From the NCBI GenBank assembly GCA_964016885.1, contig OZ024740.1, forward strand, positions 280,984,001 to 281,048,000: a DNA stretch of 64,000 nucleotides, given 5' to 3'. The notes below the pieces were generated by a model. It ran no database searches. It was not told where the DNA came from and saw nothing but the letters and a program-made list of their open reading frames with translations. Shown here piece after piece: positions 24,546 to 36,951 of the stretch. How positions within the stretch are numbered: the stretch's first letter is position 1; the number at the start of each line of letters is the position of its first letter. A program made the position numbers and the translations under genes. This DNA is from Eledone cirrhosa. Its lineage: Eukaryota.

Positions 24546-27500
24546 GGAAAGGGAAGAAGACGCACGAGGTGACGGTGGTCATGAAATCGCTCCCGTAAGT
24601 TTTGAATTTTTAACATATTTAAATCATTTGTGAAATAACAACTCTTAGTACAAATGCTACGTAAAGCACCCGGCTTGAGCCCCAAAAAATTCGGACCCAA
24701 AATATATTGTTATAAGGCTCAAATATTTAAATATTCAACTTTGTATTGTACACTGTATATCCAAAAAAGAAAATGGCTATAAATGGAAGAAGAAGAACCC
24801 CCCCCCCCTCCTCTCCTCTGGCTACACTATATAGGACAGTTAAACTCACCAACACCAGAAACTAGATACACCACCCACCCCATCATCTGTGTACACTAAA
24901 CACAACAGCCAGATAACGACATTTTCACCTTCACCGCCACCGCTCACTACGGCCATCATTACCACCACTATCCCATCACCGCCGCCACCACCCCTTGACT
25001 CCTTCACTACTGCCACCGCTACAGCACCATCACTACAGTAATACGGTCACATCACCGCCACCACTGCCTCGGTATCGACATCACCACCACCACTGTCTCA
25101 GTATCGCTACCGCCGCCAGTCTCCCACTTCCCCCTGCTGGCTGCTACTTCCACATTATAGAATTCCTACTACTAACAAAGAGGAAGGCATCAAAATATAT
25201 AGATAGACTCAAAAGAAAAAAGAAAAAACAAACAACAAAACCAAAGCAGCACAGCAACAACAGCAAAAACGAGAAAAACAAACAGAGAAAAACAAAAACA
25301 AAAAAAGAAACCCCAAAAACGTAAAGAAAATAAGAATGAAGAGAGAAGCAGGCGGACGGACAGAGAAGAGGGGGGAAAAAGTAAAACTTAAAAAACAAAA
25401 ACTAAGTCAGACATTCGAATACTACATTACAATGAAACTTATGCTTATTCATTTTTGGGGCCCTTTCTGCCTGTGTGTTTGTTTGTTTATGTGTCTTCGT
25501 ATACAGCGTGGCGATAATGCCACACAAGGGCCAAGTGGGATGGCGGATCCACAGATGGCTATGTAACTATACATTCGCCAATCCTCGATAAGAGTGTTTA
25601 AATATCGAACATAAACAGTTCGAATGACGGTGAAATGGAGACTAGAACGTCATGTGACAGACTCTCACCCAACTGGTGCCCCCTGGCTCAGCAGCAGGAA
25701 CCTGACTGTCAACCAAATACTGCTGATGTTGGAGGAAGAAGAAGAAGGAAAGGGGCCAGAACCAACTGGACGAAAGAATTGAATAGAACTGTTATGCAAT
25801 GCTACCTGAAAAGTAACCCCAAGGAGAGGGGCTACAGGAGACGGATGCATAACATCTGGAACGAGATTGGTTTATTTAAATTAGATGAACAAAAATTGGC
25901 CGGGCAGGCTCGGGTAATAAGAACTAATGGGTGGATAAGCGAGCTGGAACTGGAGGAACTGAGCAGAGAGAATGGCTTGGAGATGGCGGGTGTAGTATGC
26001 CAGACAAGCGAGCCGGTGGGAAATGAAGGTGAGGAGGTCCTGAGAACGGAGGAACCAACCGAAGCAGACAATGATCTGAATACTGAGATAAATAATACCT
26101 GGAACAAAGATACGGCCACTGAGGAGATGAATGCTGACGGGCTAGGACAAGATTCGGTTGACATCCTAAATTTAGTGGTAGATGAATTGAACAATGATAG
26201 TGGGAGACCTATGAACCTAAGATTTGTAGACAGGAAAAAGTTAAAAGAAACAACAGCTAAGGTAAACAAAGTCATCCCATACCTTGAGGCGAGGAGCCTT
26301 CACCAGTGCAACAATATCCTCAAAGCAACAGCAAATACGGTGAGGAAACTACTTGGTATAAAAGCGAGAGGAAACAACAGACAAGAAAGAGCAGAGCCGT
26401 GGTGGAAGAAGCGACTGAGTGGGCAAATCGGGGAAATGAGAAATGACATAGGAAAGCTTGAGTCACTACTGAATGGGACACTAAAAAACATAGGCACTAA
26501 AAATAGACTGGAAATAAAATACAAAACTAGGAGTAAAAAGCTAAATATTATCATAGAGGAATTGAAGCAACGCATTGTAGCAAAGAGTGCAAAAATCAGG
26601 TGATACGAGAACAGAGTCAGTCAGTATAAACAGAACCGCATGTTCGACAACAACCAGAAGATGCTGTTTGGACAGCTTGAGGGGAAAGAAAGAGGCAACG
26701 ACTTGATCCCTGGGGCGGAACAAGCTAAAACATTCTGGAGAGGAATATGGGAGCAGGATGTTAGACACAATGCCCAGGCAGGGTGGATTGAGACAGTACA
26801 GAGGGAGATCGGTGAGCAGGCACAACAACAGACTGATTTGAGTATCACAGTTGAAACTCTTAAGGGGCAAGCCAAAAAACTAACCAACTAAAAATCACCA
26901 GGCCCAGATGGTGTGCAGGGGTATTGGATTAAACATTTAACATCCCTCCACCCGAAGCTGACGGCCATGTTCAATGACTGCTTGGTGTCGGGTGAGGTGC
27001 CAGAGTGGTTGACAAAGGGTACCACAGTTCTGATAATGAAAGACCGAATCAAGGGTAATGATGTTACCAACTATAGACCTATCACATGTCTGCCCGTAAT
27101 GTGGAAACTGTTGACGAGCATTGTGTCTGAGGAAATCTACCATCACCTCCACACAAACAACTTGTTACCGGACGAACAGAAAGGATGCCGAAAGAAGTCA
27201 CGTGGTACAAAGGACCAGTTGCTTATTGATAAGATGGTAATGGGGAATTGCAGGAGGAGACACACTGATCTTGCCATGGGATGGATAGACTACAGAAAGG
27301 CATTTGACATGGTGCCTCATTCCTGGATCACCAAAAGCCTGGAGATCTTCAGAGTGGCAGATAACATCAGACAGTTGCTGGGCAGGAGTATGGGGTCCTG
27401 GGAGACAGAGTTGACATCAACTGGAGTATCCTTGGGAAGCGTGAAGATCAAGAGAGGTATCTTCCAGGGAGATAGCCTGTCCCCTCTGTTGTTTGTCCTT

Positions 27501-29101
27501 GCCCTGATGCCCTTGACCATTATGCTGCGAAAAGTGAGAGCAGGATACAAGTTGGGAAGGGGAGAGCTTACCATCAATCACCTCCTCTTCATGGACGATC
27601 TTAAGCTCTTCGGGAAAAGTGAGAAGGAGTTGGATGTGCTTGTTGACACTGTCCGTATTTTCAGCAGTGATATATGTATGCAGTTTGGTATTGGTAAATG
27701 TGGAGTCATTGTGATGAAGAGGGGTAGGTTGAGCAGAAGTAACGGGATCCAGATACCAACAGGTGAGATGATAAAGGAAATTGACTCTGAGGAAGGATAC
27801 AAGTATTTGGGCGTTCTGGAGGCTGATGGCATAAAGAACAAAAAAATGAAGGAATTGTTAAGAACTGAATACATTCGGAGAGTAAGGAGCGTATTGAAGT
27901 CACATCTGAACAGCAGAAATGCCATAAGCGCAGTAAATTCCCGAGCTGTGTCTATTATTAGGTACAGTGCGGGAATTCTGAGATGGAATGTTGCTGAACA
28001 AAAAGAAATGGATAGGAAGACTAGGAAGCTATTGACTATCTACAACATGTTCCACAAGAGGAGTGATGTCGATAGACTCTACCTAAGGAGATCTGAGGGT
28101 GGAAGAGGTCTTATCAGCATAGAGGACTGTGTTCAGATGGAGAAAAACAACCTATACAAATACGTGACCTATAGTAAGGAGCCAATGCTCAGAACTGTAC
28201 TGAAGGAGGGGACAGTAGGCCAGGGGATGTCCAAGGAGGAAATAACATCAAGGAGGAAGAGCAGCCTTAAGGGAAAATCCCTTCATAGTACCTTCTTTGA
28301 GAAAACTGAATTTAGAGATCCACAGACATGGAACTGGTTGAGAAGAGGAGACCTCAAAAAGGCTACAGAAGGAATGCTAATGGCTGCGCAGGAGCAAGCC
28401 CTCAAAACGAAGTGGTTGAAGCACCATATCTACAAGGAGGAGGCTAGCCCACTGTGCTCGATCTGTGGAGAGAGAGAGGAGACTGTGGCTCACATTGTGT
28501 CCGAGTGTAAACACCTAGCCCAGACCCACTATAAGGGCTGGAGACACGATGTGATGGGCAGGGTGATCCACTGGCACCTGTGCAAAGTAAACAATCTACC
28601 ACATTCTGAGAAATGGTATGAGCATAGGCCAGAGGCGGTGATGGAGAACAGTCAGGTGAAGGTGCTGTGGGATTTTAGGATACAGACGGACAAAAAACTG
28701 GAACACAATAGACCTGACCTGGTGGTTGTGGACAAAGAAAAAAGATCGTGCCTGATTGTGGATGTGGCCTGCCCGTTCGACACGAGAGTGCAAGAGAAGG
28801 AGAGGGAGAAAATTAACCGATACCAGGACCTAAAGTGGGAGGTGAAAAGGATTTGGAACTGCCATGAAGTCAAAGTGATCCCGATTGTCATAGGCGCACT
28901 GGGGACTATCTCCAAAGGTTTCCAGGGATGGTTGAAGAAAATCGGCCCTTTCACGCTTTTTGGAACGCTTCAAAAGGCATGCTTGCTTGGAACAGCAAGA
29001 ACCCTCCGATACGTCCTGAATATCTGAGGCTGCAGGTAGTGGCTTGATATTCAATCCAACGGACTTTCCAGTTAACCAACATCAATGACTGAGATTCAGG
29101 G
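24546..29101 (+). mobile_element. Near full-length R4/Dong-like element bounded by a 31-bp (plus AAT) direct repeat
   Basis: TGTTTCTACTTTAGGCACAAGGCCAGCAATG at 24515-24545 and 29126-29156. The 5' boundary is inferred from this repeat. Confidence 0.75.
25635..29027 (+). pseudogene. R4/Dong-like single ORF (RT plus RLE) with two in-frame stops (26601-26603, 26889-26891)
   Basis: R4-type N-terminus WTKELN..GYRRRMHNIW..EQKLAGQARVIR; KSPGPDG, FMDD, CSICGEREETVAHIVSEC, RHD, RPDLVVVD, EKINRYQDL, all in one frame. Confidence 0.92.
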
Positions 29102-29125
29102 AATAACAATAACAATAATAATAAT

Positions 29126-29224
29126 TGTTTCTACTTTAGGCACAAGGCCAGCAATGACCCAGTGCATTACTGGTACTTTATTTTATCGACCCCGTAAGGA
29201 TGAAAGGCAAAGTTAACCTCGGCG
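29126..29224 (-). mobile_element. 5'-truncated Deu/Nin-domain SINE between AAT tracts
   Basis: Reverse complement of the 3' half of the 8792-8998 family. Confidence 0.75.
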
Positions 29225-29236
29225 AATAATAATAAT

Positions 29237-32200
29237 GATTTCTTTATTAACCACAAGGGTTTACATAAAGTAGACATTAAGGACAGTGCAGGACAATACA
29301 GGACGGTACAAATGGGCATTTCTGCGTGTAAAAAACAAAAACAGAGGATGTAACAAAAAAATAACAATGAAAAATTCCCCAATAGGGGGGAGACTTCGGA
29401 GGGACATTTGTGGAGAAAGCCCAGTGAAAGGCCACAGTGACCCTGATCACCAAGGCAAGTGCCCTCTCCCAGTTTTCCACCTTTAATTTACAGATATATA
29501 CTCAGAGTAGGCCCATTCACTCGGGCCATTCTTGCTTCTCTCACCCATCTTTCAACAAAATGCTGGGAAGAGAGCACTTCCCTCTCTACTCCGATTTTCC
29601 TTTTCAAATGAAATTTGAAAAAGTCAATCAGAGCATCACCGAAGAGGTAAGTGCTCGTCTTCAGCCCTTTCAAACGTGTCCACCATACTATCTCTTTCGC
29701 CAAGGCCACCAGACAGATAAAAACTGCCTGCCCTTCCCGGATAAAGGAGGAGGGCGGGGCAATCCTCACGATGGACTCAGATGATAGCCAGTTCCGTCCT
29801 AAACGCGACAGCAGGTGTTCGACATAAACCCACAAGTCAGCAATTTTCGGACACTGGACGAGTGCGTGCAGGACGGTTTCGTCGCCCTGCGGGGCATCTC
29901 GAACATGCCCGGCTGACGGCACCTCCATGCCTGTAGAGTTTATCCCGAACTAGCAAGGCTCCTCGGTAGCACTGCCAGGCCAGAGATTTCTGGAAGTTGT
30001 CCATAGGCCCTGGCCCGAAAGTTCTTCAGAAGAGATTGGCTAGTTGATTTTCGTCGACGCCTAGAGTTTCCCCAAGTACGTCGTCGCTCTTCCCCTCCAC
30101 TAATCCTCTATAGAACGCCGAGGTGGAGTTTCCACCGATCACATTGCCCGATTGGTCGAGGGCTGTGAGCACCTGAAGACATTCCAGTCTCCAGGCGCTC
30201 CCACTCGGTCTTCGCTTGACCCAGGACTGCAGCTCCGTCAAGGAAACGAGCTGGGGAAATACGTGTCTAGCAAACGGCGACCACACCTGATCACCGTCGA
30301 GGAAGAGGTGGAGATGTCGTAGCCTGAGCGCGTGCCTGCGCATCATCAGCCACGGCATGCCCAGCCTTCCACGTAGCGGGTGTTGACAACAGATGGACCG
30401 CCTGACCATCGGAGCGCGTCCCTTCCACAAAGAGCGAAATAGCAAACACTCCAGCGCAGTCAGGCGAGGCTTAGGACAAGGTACGACGGTCAGGCGGTAG
30501 CAGATGACAGACGCGACGTACGCGTTAGCTACCTCCGCTCGACCTTTCAGGGATAGCTTCCTCTCCGCCCATTTCTGGGTGAGAGAAGCCACCCTGCTCG
30601 TCACCTCGTCCCAGTTTTTGTCCGTCTGGAGGTCCGGACCGAACCAGACCCCTAGCAATTTAACCGGTCCGTCCGTCCAGCGTCCGACGACGCTGTTGGA
30701 CGGCATGGACCTGCCTCTCCAGGTGCCGAGCTGCAGGCCCACTGACTTTTCCTGGTTGATCATTGCTCCTGTCACCGCTTCGCATTCTCTTAGTGTAGTG
30801 CCGATCGCCTCGATGTGTTTGGCGTTCGACACCACTACGGTGACATCGTCCGCATATGCTGACACGGATCTTCCGCATCCTAGTTCGCGCGGGACGCCCC
30901 TCAACGTCTCCAGTTTGTGCAGTAATGGCTCGAGAGTCAATACGTACAAGAGGGACGAGATGGGACATCCTTGGCGGACCGAGCGCATGATGTTGAACGG
31001 TTCCGACAGGTGACCATTCACTCTCCCCACAGAGCAGATGTCGCTGTGCATGGCAGCGATCCAGCCTCTGAAGACGGGCCCAAAGCCAGCCGCCCTCAGG
31101 ACTGCCGCTAGGTAACGATGGTCGATCCTATCGAAAGCTTTCGACTGATGTAAATTGATCAAGGACCCACCCGTGCCAGGTTCCCTAGCTACCCTCCAAC
31201 GACAAGCGCCAACCTCTTTGCTAGCACCTTGGCTAAAATCTTGAACCCTGTGTTTAGCAGAATTATGGGCCTGAAATTATCTATGTTATTCCCCTTGTTC
31301 GGATCCTTTCTCAGCAGTGCCACCGCTACTCGGCTCACAGAGCTGGGAATTCTTCCGTTCTGTTGCCAGTTGCAGTAGACGTCCGCCAAGAGGCCTCCGA
31401 ACAAGTCTGGCATTTGTACGTAAAGTTCATAGGGCAGACCATCCAAACCAGGCGATTTACCTCTTGTGCAGCCAGTCATTACCTCCCGTACTTCAGCGGC
31501 TGTTATCGGCTTTTCGCAACACTCCGCCTCAGTGGCCGAGAGCCGCGGCATTTCGTCGAGGTAGACACTAAAGTCCATCCCTCGACCCGGCCCACCGCTG
31601 CCCCCGAACAGCTGAGCGAAGTGTCGCTGTAAAGCTTCACACATTAACCCGGGATCGAGTAGCATGCGCCTGTCGTGGTCCACCAAAGACCGGATCGTGG
31701 ATTTGTTGCCACGACGCGCCTATGCTACCCGGGCCCATTGAACGGCTTTCGTCCCCTCGTGTCTGAGAGCACGCACCCTAGCTCTGACAACGCAGCCTTC
31801 GTGCTTTGCATTGAAGAATTGGTCAAGGGCCAATTTCGCCTTTGTAAGCGCCTCGTCTAATTTTCTAACTAGTTCTCTCTCTGCTCTATTTTTCTCTATT
31901 GCTAAAGCCTTACTAAACCTAATGGATTCTATTCTAATCTCTCTTTTCAGAGCAAACCACCACTTGTTGTTGACGATGGCCCCCGTCAACGCCCGCTTAA
32001 CTAGTTCGCTAATCCGGTCTCTGTAGGCCTTGTGCGCTGGTAAGGACGCGTTTAGCTTCCAGTAGCTGGGTCCTCGTCTATGACGCCTATCTAAGTCAAG
32101 CACACAGATCACGAATTTGTGGTCCGTGTAGCTGACTATCTTGAATTGTGGACAGCCTATGCTAGACCTATCTATTTCCCTACAAAGTATTCTATCTAGA

Positions 32201-35138
32201 TATGATCTGGATGACCCTATGCTATTTGTCCAGGTCTACATTGGCACATTCGGGAAATCCAATCGGTGCCTGTCAGACAGTTCAAAACGCCTGAGCAGGT
32301 TGGTGAGGGTCTTGCACCCTCCACCCCTATCCGCTAATCCCACACAGTCCCAGCGTGCATCTAAGATCTCGTTCCAGTCGCCTACTAACACTAAAGAGCG
32401 GGACGTTCCAAGAAAGGTCTCCAGACGCCGGAAAAAATCAGGCCGCCCTGCTCCTGTCGGGGCATAGAAGGCCACTAGCCTGAAAGCTTGCCCGTCTCCG
32501 CTGGTCGCGTCCAGCACCACCAACTTACACTCTGGGTCCAGGAAGATGGCCCGTATGGCGAGATCCAAACCTCTCCGAAAAAGCACAGCAACTCCGCCCC
32601 CCGATCCAGGACGGCTGGGAGATGCGTACACATCGTAGCCGCCGAAGATCGGTGCGAAGGCCCGTGCTTCGGAGATTCTGGTCTCGCTGATGGCCACTAC
32701 ATCTATGTTTAGTGACCTGAGGTCGTTGAGCAGGTGACCCTGCTTCCATGACGACCCCAAGCCACGCGCATTTATGCTGCCTATTCTGAGTGAGGTCATG
32801 TTTAAAATGGAGTGGAAAAGATGGAAAAGACCACTTACCGTACTTTTCGTAGAGGAAGGATGGTTTCTCCATCCCTTTTCACTTGATCGTCTGGTGAAGG
32901 GACCGTTGAATCGTCCCTTCGGCTGGTCGTCGGCTCTTCTATGAATATGTCCGAATATACTCTCCGGTTGAGAGTCTCTCCTAGGTCTCTGAAATCACCA
33001 ACTGCGTTGGGGAATTTCGTTTTAAAGTTTGTGTATTGTTTCTGTGCTATTTTTACCAATCTTATGTTCGTTGGTGTTTTGATTGGTGCTGGTATTATGT
33101 AGTCGTGCTGTGAAATGTCTGTGTGTTCAATTATGTAAGTTATTAGTTTCTTGTTGTGTGTATTTATTGCCGTGCATTTGTTTTTCTGGGGGTGGGGTGT
33201 GGTTCTGCTATGTTCTTGTCGTTGTTGCTGGGTGTGTGTGTTTTGTTGTTGTGTTTGCGATGTTGGTGCTTGTAGTGGTGGTGTTGAAGGTGTTGTTGGC
33301 GGTGGGGTGGTGGTGCTAGTGTGGGTGGTGATGGTATTGGTGGTGTTGCTGCTGTGAGTCTCTTTGCAGTAGCCTTTACCCTTTTTTCATTTCTTTCCAC
33401 CCTTTTCGAAGGCGACGATGCGCTGCTTCTGCGTTTGTGCCTTCTTACGACCTTTTGCCATCCCTCTCCCACCTCATACTCCATGTCTGATTCCGTAAGG
33501 TCGGGGAGGGGTACCAGCTCCACTCTTTCACTTGTTGTTGTTGGTGATGTTTGCAGTGGAGTCTCTGTTGCAGCTGCATTTGGTATTACTGTTGTTGTTG
33601 TTAATACTTGCACTGCTACTGCTGTTCTTGATTTCCGTGGCGTGGGTATGGGTGCCACGGACCTATCGTTCCTGGTTGCCGCTTGTCCTGTTGCTGGTAG
33701 CCGTGGAGCCGGTTTCGGAAGGAGGGGGGTTTTCTCCTTTCTCAGGGTCTTCTCGTTGCAGAAGGCCCTGAGGTGAGTCTTCGATCCACAGCGAAAGCAT
33801 TTCGGCCGTTTGCCCTCAACACTTATTGGCAGTTGAGTGCCGTTATCGAAGTCTATCACATCCGGGATAGCTTCGATGAACTTCTGTTTGGTTTGGATTA
33901 ACATCTCAATGGAGGTGCCGACCCAATCTTCTCTTACTCTTTTCTGTACTTGCAGTACAGTTGTTTTGTCCTCGTCGGAATCGAGGCCAGCCAAGAAGGG
34001 GCCATCCCGTGGGGGGGGGGGGGGGCGTGGGTCAGTTTGACCCTCACAATTTTTTGCCCGCAGTAGGAGGGCACCAACACCATTTGCTCGCTCCTTAGGG
34101 TTACTAAGGATGGAGCTTTTGCCTCCTGGGGTGGGGCAAAAAGCACGTCTACGGTGGCATATTTCTTGCCTCGTGTGATATGCGTTTTCCGCTGCCACAC
34201 AGACCCTAAGGCTTTTTGTATTTGAGCCTCTGTGGCTCTTTCAACCCTACGGGATTTTGTGCTTACTGTACGGTACGTGACCGTACAGTGCTGTTGGGTT
34301 TCGAAAAGTTTTTCGGCTGCCTTGCAGATTGCTCGGTGTCCGGTTTTAGTCACCATCTTCTTCGCTTCCTGTAATTCCTCATCTGTTATGAGGATGGTTT
34401 CCAGGTTCTTTGCGATACCTGCAAACGAGATTGGTTTTTCTTTGCTGCTGTTGTTGTTGTTGTTGTCGTCAGAGCTGCTGTTACTTTTGTTGTTGCTGCA
34501 GGTACTACGACTACTGCCGCCGCCGCTGTTGCTGTGGTTGTTGTTGTTGTTGCTGCTGCTGCTGTTGTTGTTTATGCTGCTGCTGATGCTGTTGCGGCTG
34601 CTACTGTTGTTTTCCTTGACACTATTGCTGCTGCTCTGTTATTACGGCTGCTACTGCTATTATTCATGACGTCAGACGAATGAAATGGGTTTTCGTATTT
34701 CTCGCACACCTTTTTTGTCGTTGTCGTCGTCGTCGTGGAGAAATTTTGCACGCTTTGCACGTGATTTTTCTTTGCTGGCGTCGCTTGCGAAAGAGAAGGG
34801 AGGGAGCGAGACACATTTAGGGAAGGGAAGGAGAGAGACAATCTTCTCTCTGCTGTAGTGACGATTGAGGAAGAAGAAGACGGAATGAGTTGGAGTGACC
34901 TATGAAAGTTCTTTTTCGTAGCCATGTTTTTTTTTGTTTAAAATAAATATTGGGCACAAAACCCCAATAAGCGGCTATTTAACCCCGAAGGGCCAAATAA
35001 CGGACAGAAAGACCCCTCTCACGAGGAGGAGGGTGTTTTGCCTACAAGTTGGTTAAAGTTTGAAACAATTTACAATTGTTATAGCTGTCAAAATTTACAA
35101 TACCTTACAGAGCCGAGCCTCCGTCAACCATGGCATTC
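29237..35138 (-). mobile_element. Full-length but disrupted Tx1-clade LINE (copy B, same family as A) in (AAT)n
   Basis: ORF1 from 34925 and ORF2 32799-29488 are broken by frameshifts, stops and an ~85-bp deletion near 31195; same termini as A. Confidence 0.95.
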
Positions 35139-35156
35139 AATAATAATAATAATAAT

Positions 35157-35333
35157 TGTTTCTAATTTTGGCACAAGGCCATCAATTAAACCAGTGTATT
35201 ACTGGTACTTTATTTTATCGACCCCATAAGGATGAAAGGTAAAGTTAACCTCGGCGGGATTTGAACTCGGTCCGTAAAGGGACGTAACTGTGCTGCAAAG
35301 CATGGCACCCGACCCTCTACCGATACTGCCAAT
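35157..35333 (-). mobile_element. Deu/Nin-domain tRNA SINE flanked by AAT tracts
   Basis: A and B boxes plus TTTCATCCTTATGGGGTCGATAAAATAAAGTACC on the minus strand. Other copies at ~37500-37690, ~39068-39175, ~56810-57000 and ~63015-63165. Confidence 0.8.
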
Positions 35334-35358
35334 TAATAATAATAATAATAATAATAAT

Positions 35359-36324
35359 GATTTCTTTATTGGCCACAAGGGCTGACATCAAGAAAAACAT
35401 TACAGACGGCACAGGACGGTACAGGACGGTACAGGATGGTACGACGTGCGTTTTGTGCGTGTAAAGATTTTTATTATTTATATAAGAAACGAAAAAGAAA
35501 AAAGACATAGAAACATATATATATATATATATATATATATAAACAATAAAAATGAAAATTGAAACAATGAAATATTCCCCAATAGGGGGGAATCCTCCGA
35601 GGGTTACTCGTGGCGAAAACCATACAAAAGACGACGATCACCCTTACCACCAGGGCAAGCACACTCTCTCAATTTTTTCCCATTCCTCAAACTACAAGCG
35701 TATATTTAGAGCGGTCCCGTTCACTCGGACCATTCTCGCTACATTCACCCACCTTTCAACAAACTTGCTAGAAGACAGCACTTGCCTCTCCACCCTGATT
35801 TTCCTCTTCAAATCAAACTTGAAAAAGTTAATCAGGGATTCGCCGAAGAGGAAAGTGTCTGTCTTTAACCCTTTCAACCTTGTCCACCACACAATCTCTT
35901 TCGCTATGACCACCAGGCAGATGAAAACCGCCTGCCCTTCCTCCTCGAAGCAAGACGGCGAGACCATCTGCGCAATGGACTCAGTCGATAATCGGATCGG
36001 TCCTACACGCGACAGCAACTATTCGACATAGCTCCACAAGTCAGCAATGCTCGGGCACTGAACGAGTGCGTGTACGACGGTTTCATCGCTCTGCGTGCAT
36101 CTCAGACAGGCTCGGCTGACGGCACTTCCGTGCCTGTAGAGCTTATCTCGAACCGGCAAAGCTCCCCGGTAGCACTACCAGGCCAGGGATTTCTGGAAGT
36201 TATCCATAGGCCCTGGGCTGAAAGTTCTCCGGAAGAGAGCAAACATCTGATTTTCTTCGACACCCAGGATCTCTCCGAGAACGTCGTCACTCTTCCCCTC
36301 CACTAGTCCTCTATAGAACGCCGA
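35359..36324 (-). mobile_element. 5'-truncated, diverged Tx1-clade LINE (copy E) in (AAT)n
   Basis: C-terminal ORF2 (..WWTRLKGLKT..FVERWVNVARM..), AATAAA plus (ATT)n tail, AAT repeats at the 5' junction. Confidence 0.9.
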
Positions 36325-36872
36325 TAAAAATAATAATTAATAAATGTGAAGAATAAAATCTACGTATGTGTGCGTAAGTTTATGTATATGTGTATGTATT
36401 TGCATGCATGGCATGTGTTTTCCCGTATGCACGTGTATGTACATATATAGATGTGTGTATGTATATATTTAATTATTATTACTTTAATAACTTCTGTCAT
36501 GGTCGTTCTACTAATTTATTTACATTACTCTTAACTCCGAAGCCGAGAATAATTAGGTTTACTAAATAGAATATTAGTCTATGACTTCATTTATACCATG
36601 AACGTGGTTTTGTCTTTGCGTGTATTTGTTCTCGCCGCTCCACATAACGACGTATTATCCTCGCTTTTTTCCGTTCATTGCCAGGGAACGTCTTCACGAA
36701 CCAAAGTATCGTATTTCTGTTTTCTTTCGGTTGCAACGTTTTTCGAAATATCTACTTCTGCGTTCACAGACTGATTTTATTAGTTTCAGAAGATCCCGTT
36801 AAGGGTGAAAGCAGTGGGTCTTTGCTTAAACTTTAATCTGTTATTTTAATAATAAAATAAATAAATAAATAA

Positions 36873-36951
<79 letters not shown>

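Noticed and set aside
25455-25565. Possible HDV-like ribozyme upstream of the R4/Dong ORF
   Set aside because: A TCTTCGT loop and partial pairings exist, but I could not build a consistent P1/P2/P3/P1.1 fold by eye.
26601-26603. In-frame TGA as programmed readthrough in the Dong-like ORF
   Set aside because: A second stop (TAA) follows; both fit ordinary CGA/TGG decay.
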